Shown here piece by piece: positions 28,965 through 38,320 of a stretch of DNA of 64,000 nucleotides (within the stretch, counting starts at the first letter, position 1; every line of letters begins with the position of its first letter). The notes beneath the pieces are model-generated. The model was not told the DNA's origin. It ran no database searches and was given only the letters and a program-made list of their open reading frames with translations. Source of the stretch: Bradymonadia bacterium (GTDB lineage: Bacteria > Myxococcota_A > Bradymonadia > UBA7976 > UBA1532); NCBI GenBank assembly GCA_046290225.1, contig JBKAGE010000036.1, forward strand, positions 96,001 to 160,000, given 5' to 3'. Made by a program: the position numbers and the translations under genes.

Positions 28965-29513
28965 TTAAAAGAACACGCCGCCGTAGAACATGAGCTGGTG
29001 GTGGCGGATGTCATCACCACCAAAGTCGCTCTTGGTTTCATTGGTGAGCTGATACTCGTAACGAATCTCAGCGCCCACCTTAACCACCTGCAGATCAAAG
29101 CTGCCCTCCAGGGCGACCGGCAGATACCAGACCATATCTTCCGTCGTACCATCCGGAGCCTCGGTGCTCAGGGCCCAACGGGGCTCCAGACCAGCGCCCA
29201 GGCTGAGGTTCACCAGCGGCAGCGGCAGGAGGCCCACCTTCGCCAGCACGGGGATGCCCAGCCGTGTCTCGTCAGAGTTGAAGGAACGGTACATCAGATC
29301 AGCCTCGACGGTGATCACTGGCAGCTCCAGCACCAACGCGCCGCCGATGGCAAATGGGCTGTAGTCATCGGGCTCGGGGGTACCATCAGGCAAATCGAAG
29401 CTCGAAGTCCCTACCCCAAGCTTGACCCCTTTCTTGATCCCCAGGGCGTTCGCCGAGGTGGCGACGCCCAGCACCAGAGCGGCCATCACAGTCAGGCTCA
29501 ACAGTTTACGCAT
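28965..29513 (-). CDS. Outer-membrane beta-barrel (porin-like) protein
   Basis: Signal peptide (ANA), GVKLGVG, LGIPVLAK, C-terminal YGGVFF; AAGGAG RBS. Confidence 0.75.
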   Translation of the reverse strand: MRKLLSLTVMAALVLGVATSANALGIKKGVKLGVGTSSFDLPDGTPEPDDYSPFAIGGALVLELPVITVEADLMYRSFNSDETRLGIPVLAKVGLLPLPLVNLSLGAGLEPRWALSTEAPDGTTEDMVWYLPVALEGSFDLQVVKVGAEIRYEYQLTNETKSDFGGDDIRHHQLMFYGGVFF

Positions 29514-29779
29514 CGTCGACTCCTTCATTCGGCCGCCGAGAGAGCGGCCCTTGGTGGACACAGATCGGCTCTTACCCCCTGCCCCGCGCCAGCGCAACCT
29601 TGCCACCGGCGTCGCCCGACAGAAACAGCCCTCGCATCTCGGCGTCGTGGGCGCTAACCTGCGCCGCCCGCGAGGACCGTGCCTGTGACATCGACCCGAT
29701 GTCCCGAAGCGCTCACGCGCTCGCGGAAGAGGGTTTCAGACACGGGGCCCCGAATCACCGAACGCCCAAGAGGAGGCGG

Positions 29780-31843
29780 ATGTTCACTGAAGATTTCGTC
29801 ATCGACAACGCCAAGATCACCCTGGAGGCCGGCCATTGGGCTCCACAGGCCCTTGGCGCCGTCGTCGCCCGCCATCAGAAGACCGTGATCCTCGCCGCGG
29901 TGGTGGCCAAACCCAGCACCGCGCAGACCGACTTCCTGCAGCTCACCGTCGACTACCGGGAGCGGACCTCTGCCGTGGGCCGGATCCCGGGCGGCTTTGG
30001 TCGCCGCGAGGGCCGGGCCTCCGAGCGCGAGGTGCTCACCAGCAGGCTCATCGATCGCACGATCCGCGGGCGTTGCCCTGAGGGCCTGCAGGCGGAGATT
30101 CATCTCAGCGTCACCGTCTTCAGCGCTGATCGAGGCACCGATCTCGAGGGCCTCGCCATCACCGCCGCCGGCGCCGCCATGACCCTCTCCGGGTTGCCCA
30201 TGCACGGCCCGGTTGTGGGTCTGAGCATGAGCGCCGGCAAAGGCAAGCTGCACACCTTCGTCGCGGCGCCCAAAGCCGAGCGCCATGATCACGGCCTCGT
30301 AGCCGCCTTCAGCCGTGACGGCCTGCTCATGCTCGAGGGGGGCGGCACGCCCATCTCCGACCTCGAGCTGATGTTGTTGTTGAACCGTGGTGCCGCAGCA
30401 GTGGAGCCCGCCTTCGACGCCATCGAACGCCTCGCCGCCAAGGCCGGCCGCTCTGGCCACTGGACCGTGACGCCTGTGGCCACCGAGGCCCAGCTCGAGG
30501 CATGGGCCGAGCGTCATGGCGGAGACATCCGCGCCGCTCTGAGCCACGCCGACACCCCGACACGCAAACAGGCCTTGTCCAGCCTCAAGGCCGACGCCCT
30601 CGCTGTGGAGGGTGGCCCCAGCGCGATGCAGTGGTCTGCTCTGGTGAAGCACATGATCACCAAGGGCACTCGCAGCGGCCAGCGCATCGGCGGCCGTGGG
30701 GCCCACGAGGTTCGGGCCCTGGGCGCTTCAGTGGGCCAGTTGCCCGCCTGTCACGGCGACGCGCTGTTCACGCGGGGCGAGACCCAGGTCCTCGCCTCTG
30801 CCACCCTCGGCGGCGCTCGTGAAGGGCTGGCCCGAGACGGCGTGCAGCATGGTGGGCACACCCCATTCTTCCTGCACTACAACTTCCCCGACTACGCAGT
30901 GGGTGAGGTCCGCCTGGGCCGCGGCGCTCCCAACCGTCGCGAGACCGGGCATGGTGCCCTCGCCGCCCGCGCCCTGCGCTCACAGCTGCCTGGCGACGCC
31001 TTCCCCATGGCGGTCCGTGTGGTGGCTGACGTGCTCAGCGCCAACGGCTCGTCTTCGATGGCCACCGTCTGCGCCGGCAGCCTCGCCCTCATGGACGCCG
31101 GGGTGCCCCTCACGGCTCCCGTGGCTGGTGTGACGGTGGGCTTCTTCGGTGATATCGAGGACTACACGCTCGTCACCGACTTGCTCGGCGAAGAAGACAG
31201 CGCCGGTCAGATGGATCTGAAGGTCGCAGGGACAACCGACGGGGTCACCGCGCTCCAACTCGACCACGAGCTCAACGGCTTGCCGGTCGAGATCTTCATG
31301 GAGGCGCTGGCAGCCGCTCAGACCGGGCGAGTGCAGATCCTCGAGGCCATGGGCGCCGCTCTGGCGGCCTCGCGAACCACCACCAAGAGCCACGGGCCAG
31401 CCTTCGCCCACATCGCGCTGTCTGCAGAGCAAGCAGCCCAGCTCAACGCTCAGGGCCAGCGTCAGCTCGAGACGATTCGCAGCCAGACCAAGTGTCAGAT
31501 TCAGTTGCTGACCGAGCCCACAGCTGCATGGATCGTGGCAAAGGACCACGACGGGCTGAACAAGGCCATCGAAGGCCTGACGCCGCGCCCTGCTTTGGAG
31601 CAGGGCAAGGTGTACGAGGCCCGCGTGAAGTCGATGCGCCCCTTCGGCGCCATCGTCGAGGTGGATGGTCATGAGGGCCTAGTACACATCTCGGAGCTGG
31701 CCGAGCCACGCCCTGCAGAGGCTACTGATGTGGTGAATGTGGGGGACGCGTGCCCAATCATGGTGATCGGCCATGATGATCGAGGGCGCCCTCGCCTGAG
31801 CCGAAAGGCGGCGCTCGCGGCCAGCGTGCCTCAGGACGATTGA
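29780..31843 (+). CDS. pnp: Polynucleotide phosphorylase-like protein (divergent homologue)
   Basis: LTVDYRER...GRIPGGFGRREGR, SRLIDRTIR, FTRGETQ, HYNFP, RRETGHG, NGSSSMATVC, C-terminal S1 (FGAIVE...GLVHISEL); AGGAGG RBS. Confidence 0.85.
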   Translation: MFTEDFVIDNAKITLEAGHWAPQALGAVVARHQKTVILAAVVAKPSTAQTDFLQLTVDYRERTSAVGRIPGGFGRREGRASEREVLTSRLIDRTIRGRCPEGLQAEIHLSVTVFSADRGTDLEGLAITAAGAAMTLSGLPMHGPVVGLSMSAGKGKLHTFVAAPKAERHDHGLVAAFSRDGLLMLEGGGTPISDLELMLLLNRGAAAVEPAFDAIERLAAKAGRSGHWTVTPVATEAQLEAWAERHGGDIRAALSHADTPTRKQALSSLKADALAVEGGPSAMQWSALVKHMITKGTRSGQRIGGRGAHEVRALGASVGQLPACHGDALFTRGETQVLASATLGGAREGLARDGVQHGGHTPFFLHYNFPDYAVGEVRLGRGAPNRRETGHGALAARALRSQLPGDAFPMAVRVVADVLSANGSSSMATVCAGSLALMDAGVPLTAPVAGVTVGFFGDIEDYTLVTDLLGEEDSAGQMDLKVAGTTDGVTALQLDHELNGLPVEIFMEALAAAQTGRVQILEAMGAALAASRTTTKSHGPAFAHIALSAEQAAQLNAQGQRQLETIRSQTKCQIQLLTEPTAAWIVAKDHDGLNKAIEGLTPRPALEQGKVYEARVKSMRPFGAIVEVDGHEGLVHISELAEPRPAEATDVVNVGDACPIMVIGHDDRGRPRLSRKAALAASVPQDD

Positions 31844-31877
31844 GGCACACCACCGACTTGGAAGCGTATCTGGCCGC

Positions 31878-32450
31878 CTACGAGCTCTCCACCTCGCCCT
31901 CAGAGTTCATATAATACGCGTTGCCGAAGTGCAGCACGTAGTTCCCCGACTCGATCCAATCCCGGGCCATGTCCGGGTCTCCCCCACCCTCCATCAGATC
32001 CGCGTGAATGTGCGAGGGGAACGGCACCAGCGCGTGGTGCCACATTTGCGGATGGATGAAGGCCTTCATCGGGCAGTTGCCGATGTGTCGGAAGCCCACC
32101 TCTCGCTCAGCGACATCGAGGACGTCGTCCCAGCTGGAGTTGGCCAGATCGATGTCCGCAGCGCGGAAGACCATCTCAAGGGCGGGGTTGAAGCCCACGA
32201 AGTTGAGCGGCTTGTCGTTCTGCGCCGCAAAGCGCGGGCTGCCCACGAAGATCAAGCAGGGCTTACCGTGCTCATTGGCCCCAGCGAGCCACCCGTAATC
32301 GGGATTGCTCTCCACCATGTGCAGGCGATCAGGGTCGAGGTAGGCGCGGACGGTCTCGAGCTCAAGCTTAGTGACTGAGGCGATGTGCTCAGGGTCGTAA
32401 GCTTTGAGGTCGAGGCCTTCGAGGAATGCTTTATCGAGAAACCATGTCAT
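31878..32450 (-). CDS. Hypothetical protein
   Basis: 190-aa ORF with coding-like composition; no motif recognised. Confidence 0.65.
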   Translation of the reverse strand: MTWFLDKAFLEGLDLKAYDPEHIASVTKLELETVRAYLDPDRLHMVESNPDYGWLAGANEHGKPCLIFVGSPRFAAQNDKPLNFVGFNPALEMVFRAADIDLANSSWDDVLDVAEREVGFRHIGNCPMKAFIHPQMWHHALVPFPSHIHADLMEGGGDPDMARDWIESGNYVLHFGNAYYMNSEGEVESS

Positions 32451-32647
32451 GGGCAGATGATGCGCTGACTGAGGGTGAGCGATCTACCCATTTTTCGGAT
32501 GCCTGGGCTGTCGAGGCTTCATCGTGAGCCGGGTGCGCCCTCCACATCACCGCGTATTTCGGGAAGTGTGAGCGTGCCCCCTACATAAGATGCTTGCCCC
32601 CTACCGGGTTCGAAGCGACGCTTTCTCCCGCACCACCGGGAGCTCGC

Positions 32648-33547
32648 ATGCGCCACCTACCTCTGTTCGTTTTGACCTTCGCCACCCTGCTCGGCCTCTG
32701 TGCGACGAGCTCTGCCGATCACCCCGCGAACTTCGGGAAAGCCAAGAAGGCCATGAAGCGCATCTATCAGGGGCACCAGACCTCGTTCTATTGCGGGTGC
32801 CGCTACGACTATCAGGGCAAGAAGGGCGTGCCCTACTTCAACTCCTGCGACTACCAACCGCGCAAGCCCAACACCAAGAGCGGCAAGCGCAACAGCCGCA
32901 TCGACCGCATCGAGTGGGAGCACGTGGTCCCAGCGTGGGAGTTCGGCCATCAGATGCAGTGCTGGCGAGAGGGTAAGCGTAGGAAGTGCGGCAAAGATCC
33001 GAAGTTCCGCCGCATGGAGTCGGACATGCACAACCTCACGCCGGCCTTGGGCGAGGTGAATGGAGATCGTGGCAACTTCCAGTTCACGATGCTCTCGGGC
33101 GTGGGCAAGAAGCACGGTCAGTGTGACGTGAAGGTGGACTTCAAGGCGAAACGATTCCAGCCGCCGCCGAACCGCCGTGGCGACATCGCCCGGACCTACT
33201 TCTACTTCCGTGACCGCTACGGTTTGAGCATCTCGCGGCAACAGCGCCAGCTCTATGAAGCCTGGAGCCGACAAGATCCCGTGGATCAATGGGAGCGGGA
33301 GCGAAATCAGCGCATCCAACGCGCTCAAGGGAACGGGAACGCTTATGTCTCGGGCCGCGGCCGAGTAGAGCGGGCGCCTGGGTTCGAGGGTGGCATCGCC
33401 GGCAACGCACCCCGCTGTGATCGCAAGAAGACGAGGTGCAGCCAGATGAAAGACTGCGCTGAGGCGAGGCACTACCTGACGCAGTGCGGACGCAAGAGCT
33501 TCGACCGGAACAAGGACGGGGTGCCCTGTGAGTCGCTCTGTCGGTGA
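32648..33547 (+). CDS. Secreted endonuclease I (EndA/Vvn family) with C-terminal Excalibur Ca-binding domain
   Basis: FYCGC, RIEWEHVVPAWEFG, DMHNL, GEVNGDRGN, RGDIARTYFY; tail CSQMKDCAEA...DRNKDGVPCESLC. Confidence 0.9.
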   Translation: MRHLPLFVLTFATLLGLCATSSADHPANFGKAKKAMKRIYQGHQTSFYCGCRYDYQGKKGVPYFNSCDYQPRKPNTKSGKRNSRIDRIEWEHVVPAWEFGHQMQCWREGKRRKCGKDPKFRRMESDMHNLTPALGEVNGDRGNFQFTMLSGVGKKHGQCDVKVDFKAKRFQPPPNRRGDIARTYFYFRDRYGLSISRQQRQLYEAWSRQDPVDQWERERNQRIQRAQGNGNAYVSGRGRVERAPGFEGGIAGNAPRCDRKKTRCSQMKDCAEARHYLTQCGRKSFDRNKDGVPCESLCR

Positions 33548-33551
33548 TGTG

Positions 33552-33905
33552 TCAGGTGGAGGCGGACGTGTGTGCGGAGTGTGCGCCCAGAAGAACCTTT
33601 CTGGGATCGCCCTTTGACGCATAGCTCAGGTAGAGCACATACGGAAACGCGAACATCCCGCCCATGACGACGTTGAGGACAGCATACGTCTTCCCCCTGA
33701 CGCTGAACTCTTCACGCCAGCTCATCCAAGCTGAAGTCATCAGCAAATAGACGATGAAATCGAAATCGAACTGTGATCTCCAATTCATGGCTTGGAGGTC
33801 TGCGAGCGCAACAGCCGGCCAGTTGAATCCCTGAGAATTGATGGCTGCAACAGTAAACACGTAGATGAGTACAGTTGCGGCCAATAAAAACATCCTGAAA
33901 AACAT
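33552..33905 (-). CDS. Small membrane protein (lower GC)
   Basis: Three hydrophobic segments; purine-rich RBS; AT-richer than flanks. Confidence 0.65.
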   Translation of the reverse strand: MFFRMFLLAATVLIYVFTVAAINSQGFNWPAVALADLQAMNWRSQFDFDFIVYLLMTSAWMSWREEFSVRGKTYAVLNVVMGGMFAFPYVLYLSYASKGDPRKVLLGAHSAHTSAST

Positions 33906-34231
33906 CAATGGTGCCCTCTCTTCCTTTGAGGTCGAGGTCCATTCGTGACAAGACACCTCGCGACATTGATGAGCGCAGTCTTGTGGCTGGAGCTCTCACT
34001 GTTCTGGCGGTATCTGGGTAGAACAATGATCTCTGATCTGAGCCTGCTCAATTACCTCGGGGAGTCATCAGAGCAACAGCGTAGGCGAGACTGTCTTCAG
34101 GGGATGGTGGAGGGGGCTCAGGTGCGGGTGGCTTGCGCAGTCATCCAGAGCACAGGGCATCGCTGAAATCATCGAGCGAGTCGAGGGAGGCGCATGATCA
34201 TGCTGGGGGAGGAACTTCGGTGCACGGAACG

Positions 34232-34260
34232 AAAAAAGCCCCCGGATTCCGGAGGCTTTT
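34232..34260 (-). terminator. Intrinsic terminator after tRNA-Val
   Basis: Minus strand AAAAGCCTCCGG-AAT-CCGGGGGCTTTTTT. Confidence 0.8.
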
Positions 34261-34265
34261 CGTAG

Positions 34266-34337
34266 TGGGCGATACTGGATTTGAACCAGTGACTTCTTCC
34301 GTGTGAAGGAAGCACTCTACCACTGAGTTAATCGCCC
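34266..34337 (-). tRNA. tRNA-Val (CAC)
   Basis: GGGCGATTAACTCAGTGGTAGAGTGCTTCC-TTCACAC-GGAAG...GGTTCAAATCC...ATCGCCCA cloverleaf; CCA not encoded; TTGCGC-N17-TAGAAA promoter upstream. Confidence 0.96.
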
Positions 34338-34518
34338 GCATCAGGTGCGGCATTTCGTGTTCCTTGCGGAACGGAGGAGGTTTCTACCCGCACTCTGAAC
34401 GGAGCGCAAGAAGTTTCTTTCAGCTTTTTTCTCAGCCCTCGAGCCCGCGCCCATCCTGAGGGGCCAGGCCGACATTTTCGAGAGTCGAACTGGGCAAGTG
34501 TGCTAGCTTCCCGCCGCC

Positions 34519-35442
34519 ATGCATCACATCAAAGCACTTCGTCCACACCAGTGGATCAAAAACTTCTTTGTCTTCGCGGCGTTGATCTTCTCCCGCAACC
34601 TGACCAACCTCGATCTGGGGTTGCGCAGCATGCTGATCTTTGCCGCCTTCAGCGCCGTCGCCAGCTCGATTTATCTGGTGAATGACGTCGCCGACATCGA
34701 GCGTGACCGCCAGCATCCCAAGAAAAAGTTCCGGCCCATCGCCAGCGGTAAGGTCAACCCCAAGACCGCCCTGATGATGGGGGCGTTGCTGTTCCCTCTC
34801 GGGCTCGGCACCGCGTATTGGCTCAGCGTGCCCACCGGGGTCGTGCTCACCACCTACTTCATCATGAACCTCGGCTACTCCACCAAGCTCAAGCACGTGG
34901 TGTTGCTCGACGTGTTCATCATCGCCCTGGGCTTCTTGCTGCGGGTGCTCGCCGGGGCCTTCGCCATCGGGGTGGGTGTGAGCCCGTGGTTGCTCATCTG
35001 CACGCTCTTTGGCGCCTTGTTCCTCGCCTTCTGCAAGCGGCGGAACGAGCTCACCAGCCTCGGTGAGAACGCTGGCAGTCACCGGGCCATCTTGTCGGAG
35101 TACTCCGTGGGGTACATCGACAACGCCATCTCTGCCCTTACCGCCATGACCGTGATGAGCTACGCGCTCTACACCATCGACCCGGCGGTGTGCGCCAAGC
35201 TCGGCACCGATGCTCTCGTGCTCACCGTGCCCCTCGTGCTCTTCGGCGCCTTCCGGTACCTGCACCTCGTGCATCAGAAGGACAAGGGCGGCTCGCCCAC
35301 CATGGTCATGCTCACCGACATCAGCATCCAGGGTGTAGCGTTCTTGCTGCTCGCCTCAGCCATCTCGTTCATCTACTTCAACGTGCAGTTGGGCTTGGGC
35401 GGGACCATGGTCAGGCAGGCTGGTGCGGTTCTGATCCCGTAG
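34519..35442 (+). CDS. UbiA-family prenyltransferase (decaprenyl-phosphate phosphoribosyltransferase-like)
   Basis: LRPHQWIKN, YLVNDVADIERDRQHPKKKFRPIASG, LAFCKRRNEL. Confidence 0.9.
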   Translation: MHHIKALRPHQWIKNFFVFAALIFSRNLTNLDLGLRSMLIFAAFSAVASSIYLVNDVADIERDRQHPKKKFRPIASGKVNPKTALMMGALLFPLGLGTAYWLSVPTGVVLTTYFIMNLGYSTKLKHVVLLDVFIIALGFLLRVLAGAFAIGVGVSPWLLICTLFGALFLAFCKRRNELTSLGENAGSHRAILSEYSVGYIDNAISALTAMTVMSYALYTIDPAVCAKLGTDALVLTVPLVLFGAFRYLHLVHQKDKGGSPTMVMLTDISIQGVAFLLLASAISFIYFNVQLGLGGTMVRQAGAVLIP

Positions 35443-35466
35443 TGCTGACCCGGTAGAGTCCTTTTC

Positions 35467-36465
35467 TCAGTCGAGGCGGTTCCAGCGTACCTCGTAGACC
35501 GTCAGACGATCTTCCTCCACGCAGTTGTCTCCGCTGTAGTCCAACCGCTCGTTCTCCGTGCCTTCGAACTCGAAAGCATCACCGGCGTCGAACAAGTAGT
35601 TCCCTGTCATGTCGCTGATCGTCGAGCCGAAGCACAGCAGCGGGGGTGAGGCGATGGGCGTCGTGTACTCCAGTTCCAGGCGGAACTCGATCTCCAAATC
35701 GTCGATGGCCTCGGCGTCGAAGAACATCGCCCGCGCCTCCGACAGACGCTGACCCTGAACATCGCGTACCACAATGCGGTACACCGGCGGGTTGGGATCA
35801 GGCGAGATCGAGATGCTGGTGTTCTCGACCTGGCCCACCTCGAGATCCGGCACGTTGGTGAGGACCACCGTACGGGTCACTGCGTACTGCCCGGAGAAGT
35901 CAGGGCCGTCGATGGGCGGATCGATGATGATCCCAGAATCGTCATCGAGATCCATGTCCGGCGCTTCCATGTCGGGGAGATCCACATCGGCCATCTCCAT
36001 ATCGGGGAGATCGGCATCACCTGGATCCATATCGCCGGCATCCATCATGCCCATATCGCTGGGATCCATGTCCGGGCCCATGTCGCTGAGATCCATATCG
36101 CTGAGATCCATGTCGCTGAGATCCATGTCTCCGGCGTCCATCATGCCCATGTCTCCGGGCTCGGCGTCGGGCATCCCAGCGTCAGAGAGGTCGGCATCCA
36201 TCTCGGCGTCTGGTGTGGACATCCCAGCGTCAGCGCCCACGTCGGGCATGCTCGCTTGCATCCCACCGTCCTCGCCATACAGGCAGTAACCGCCTGCCGC
36301 GGTATCGCACACCACCCCCTCGGGGCAATCCGCGTTGGTCCCGCATCGGGGTCGACATTTGTCCAGATAACAGCCCAGGCCTCTAGCGCAGTCGTCGTCT
36401 GTCCGACAATTGACTCCAGGGCAGCCCTGCAGCGGCAAGGCCGCACAGAGCGCCAAAGCGAGCAT
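35467..36465 (-). CDS. Lipoprotein with Cys-rich N-terminus and Asp/Met-rich repeat linker (start uncertain)
   Basis: Lipobox LQGC, CRTDDDC...CGTNADC, (DMDLS)n / DAGDM linker. Confidence 0.7.
   Translation of the reverse strand: MLALALCAALPLQGCPGVNCRTDDDCARGLGCYLDKCRPRCGTNADCPEGVVCDTAAGGYCLYGEDGGMQASMPDVGADAGMSTPDAEMDADLSDAGMPDAEPGDMGMMDAGDMDLSDMDLSDMDLSDMGPDMDPSDMGMMDAGDMDPGDADLPDMEMADVDLPDMEAPDMDLDDDSGIIIDPPIDGPDFSGQYAVTRTVVLTNVPDLEVGQVENTSISISPDPNPPVYRIVVRDVQGQRLSEARAMFFDAEAIDDLEIEFRLELEYTTPIASPPLLCFGSTISDMTGNYLFDAGDAFEFEGTENERLDYSGDNCVEEDRLTVYEVRWNRLD
36078..36127 (-). repeat. 15-bp coding tandem repeat (SDMDL)n
   Basis: ccatRtcgctgagat x3. Confidence 0.85.
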
Positions 36466-36679
36466 GAGCACCCGAATCGGGCCCTTGCGCGGGGGCCGGT
36501 TTTCACCTTGCCGACCACAGACGGTCACGTTATCGTCGAAAAACAGGTCGCTTAGGAGTCGAAAGACGAACCCCCAGCGAACAAACCCTCCAGGCCGGCG
36601 CTGCCAGCCTCCGAGCCCCACCCGAGGGCAACCCCCTCGTCGTTCCTGTCTCACATCCAACTGCCCATCGGCCCGTCCG

Positions 36680-37306
36680 TTGACAATCTCTCTGTGTGAC
36701 ATCAGCACCCGGTCTACCTCCGCGTCGTTGTCTGCCGTGATCTCACTGCTTGGGGCACTCGGCCCCATGAGTGCCCATGGACAGACCTCCGATGCAGGTA
36801 CAGCAAAACCCGAGCCAGCCCCGATGAAGCCAACAGCGACGCCTACGAACGGCACCGCTGTGCGGCTCGCCGGTACGTTGTCCCTCGGCGTGGGTCCTGC
36901 GTTCAGTCAGAGTGATGACGGTGGCGTCAAGGACTGGGTGACTGGCGTCGCAGAGCTCGATGTCTCCTTGAGCATGGATTACGACCCGTCGATGGAGTGG
37001 GGCCTGGCAGCGAGCGCTGGCACTGGAGACACGCGTCTGACCGTACTCGTCCCTCGGGTGCGGTTGCTCAAAGACGCAGGTGGTGAGGGCATTCGGTACT
37101 TCGGTACGCTCGGAGTCCCGGTGGCTTTCTCGCCGGAGATGTACCTCGGGGCCGAGCTGGGGGGCGGGATCATCTACCCGCTCTGGCGCATGTTCGAACT
37201 CGTGGGCGCCCTGCACGTTGACACTTTGTTTGCCCTCGACCCCTTGTCGTCGGCGGACACGGTGTTCATGTTCAACGCGAGCGTCGGTGGCCGGATGATT
37301 TTCTGA
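36680..37306 (+). CDS. Putative outer-membrane beta-barrel protein (start uncertain)
   Basis: Amphipathic strands ending GGRMIF; signal-like region before QTSDAG. Confidence 0.55.
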   Translation: MTISLCDISTRSTSASLSAVISLLGALGPMSAHGQTSDAGTAKPEPAPMKPTATPTNGTAVRLAGTLSLGVGPAFSQSDDGGVKDWVTGVAELDVSLSMDYDPSMEWGLAASAGTGDTRLTVLVPRVRLLKDAGGEGIRYFGTLGVPVAFSPEMYLGAELGGGIIYPLWRMFELVGALHVDTLFALDPLSSADTVFMFNASVGGRMIF

Positions 37307-37365
37307 AGGCGTCGCGCTCTGGAGTGAAGACGATCTCGCATCGACGAGATCACATGGAGGTCATC

Positions 37366-37704
37366 ATGAACCTGGAGATGGTCGGCAAAGAGGTCACCCC
37401 TTCCGACAACCTGCGCAACCGCATCGAGGCCAAGCTGGGCAAGATCGAGCAGCGGGTGGGTCATCAACTCTTTGCACGCGTAGTCTTCGGCAAGGACGGC
37501 AAGGACTACACGTGCTCGGTGCACTTCAAGTCCCACCACCATGACTTCTCGGCTACGGCCAACACCAACGATCTGTTCAAGTCTGCCGACGAGGCCATCA
37601 CCAAGATCGAGCGCCAGGTGCGCAAGGTGCTGCACAAAGACGAGGCCAGTCGTAAGCCCTCGGCGTCGATTCGCGCTACAGTCCCCGAAGATCTCGAGGC
37701 CTGA
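37366..37704 (+). CDS. hpf: Ribosome hibernation promoting factor / RaiA (short form)
   Basis: MNLEMVGKEVTPSDNLRNRIEAKLGK...DLFKSADEAITKIERQVRK; GGAGG RBS. Confidence 0.85.
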   Translation: MNLEMVGKEVTPSDNLRNRIEAKLGKIEQRVGHQLFARVVFGKDGKDYTCSVHFKSHHHDFSATANTNDLFKSADEAITKIERQVRKVLHKDEASRKPSASIRATVPEDLEA

Positions 37705-38081
37705 TGCGCAAGGCGATTCACACCGACGACGCCCCTGCGGCCATCGGCCCTTACAGCCAGGCCATCGAGGCTGGGGGCTGGCTGTGGTGCAGCGGTCAGA
37801 TCGCCCTCAAGCAGGGTCAGATCGTGGGCACCACCGCCGCAGAGCAGGCAGCGGTGGTCCTCGATAACCTCACGGCGGTCCTCGCCGCCGGAGGCGCCAC
37901 CTTCGACCAGGTCGTGCGCTGTACGATCTTCTTGAAGAGCATGGACGACTTTGCCGCGGTGAACGAGGTGTACGGGGCGCGCATGCCCTCACCGCCGCCT
38001 GCCCGTGCAGCGGTGGAGGTGGCCCGTCTACCGAAAGATGTGCTTGTGGAGATCGACGCCGTGGCCTACGTGGGCGGGTGA
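37704..38081 (+). CDS. ridA: RidA (YjgF/YER057c/UK114) deaminase
   Basis: APAAIGPYSQAI, SGQI, MDDFAAVNEVY, PARAAVEVARLPKDVLVEID. Confidence 0.95.
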   Translation: MRKAIHTDDAPAAIGPYSQAIEAGGWLWCSGQIALKQGQIVGTTAAEQAAVVLDNLTAVLAAGGATFDQVVRCTIFLKSMDDFAAVNEVYGARMPSPPPARAAVEVARLPKDVLVEIDAVAYVGG

Positions 38082-38125
38082 TCGGTCTTCTGCAGCCTGT
38101 GGGGTGATTTTTTGACCCCACAGGC

Positions 38126-38154
38126 TTGCACGGCAGGGCGGGTTCTTCTATAAA
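38126..38154 (+). promoter_or_regulatory. sigma70 promoter for tRNA-Arg (overlaps the hairpin at ~38092-38129)
   Basis: TTGCAC-N17-TATAAA followed by a GC-rich discriminator. Confidence 0.65.
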
Positions 38155-38174
38155 CCGCCCTCGCAGTCCAGCAT

Positions 38175-38248
38175 GCACCCGTAGCTCAGCTGGATAGAGC
38201 GCCGGCCTCCGGAGCCGTAGGTCGCAGGTTCGAATCCTGCCGGGTGCG
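38175..38248 (+). tRNA. tRNA-Arg (CCG)
   Basis: GCACCCGTAGCTCAGCTGGATAGAGCG CCGGC-CTCCGGA-GCCGT ...GGTTCGAATCC...CGGGTGCG. Confidence 0.95.
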
Positions 38249-38249
38249 C

Positions 38250-38287
38250 AAAAAAGCCTCAGAGCACATCAGCTCTGAGGCTTTTTT
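38250..38287. terminator. Bidirectional intrinsic terminator
   Basis: AAAAAAGCCTCAGAGC-ACATCA-GCTCTGAGGCTTTTTT. Confidence 0.88.
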
Positions 38288-38320
38288 AGTTTTTGCACAC
38301 AGTTGCAGCAGCTCAGTCTC

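Noticed and set aside
28432..28968. Several short ORFs between SCP2 and the OMP gene
   Set aside because: They overlap hairpin and tandem repeats and have Arg/Ala-rich shadow composition
33960..34337. Prophage or ICE integrated at tRNA-Val
   Set aside because: No integrase, phage genes or duplicated tRNA 3' end found
38202..38218. C.U mismatch at the top of the tRNA-Arg anticodon stem as a sign of a pseudo-tRNA
   Set aside because: Position 27-43 mismatches are tolerated; the rest of the cloverleaf, promoter and terminator are intact
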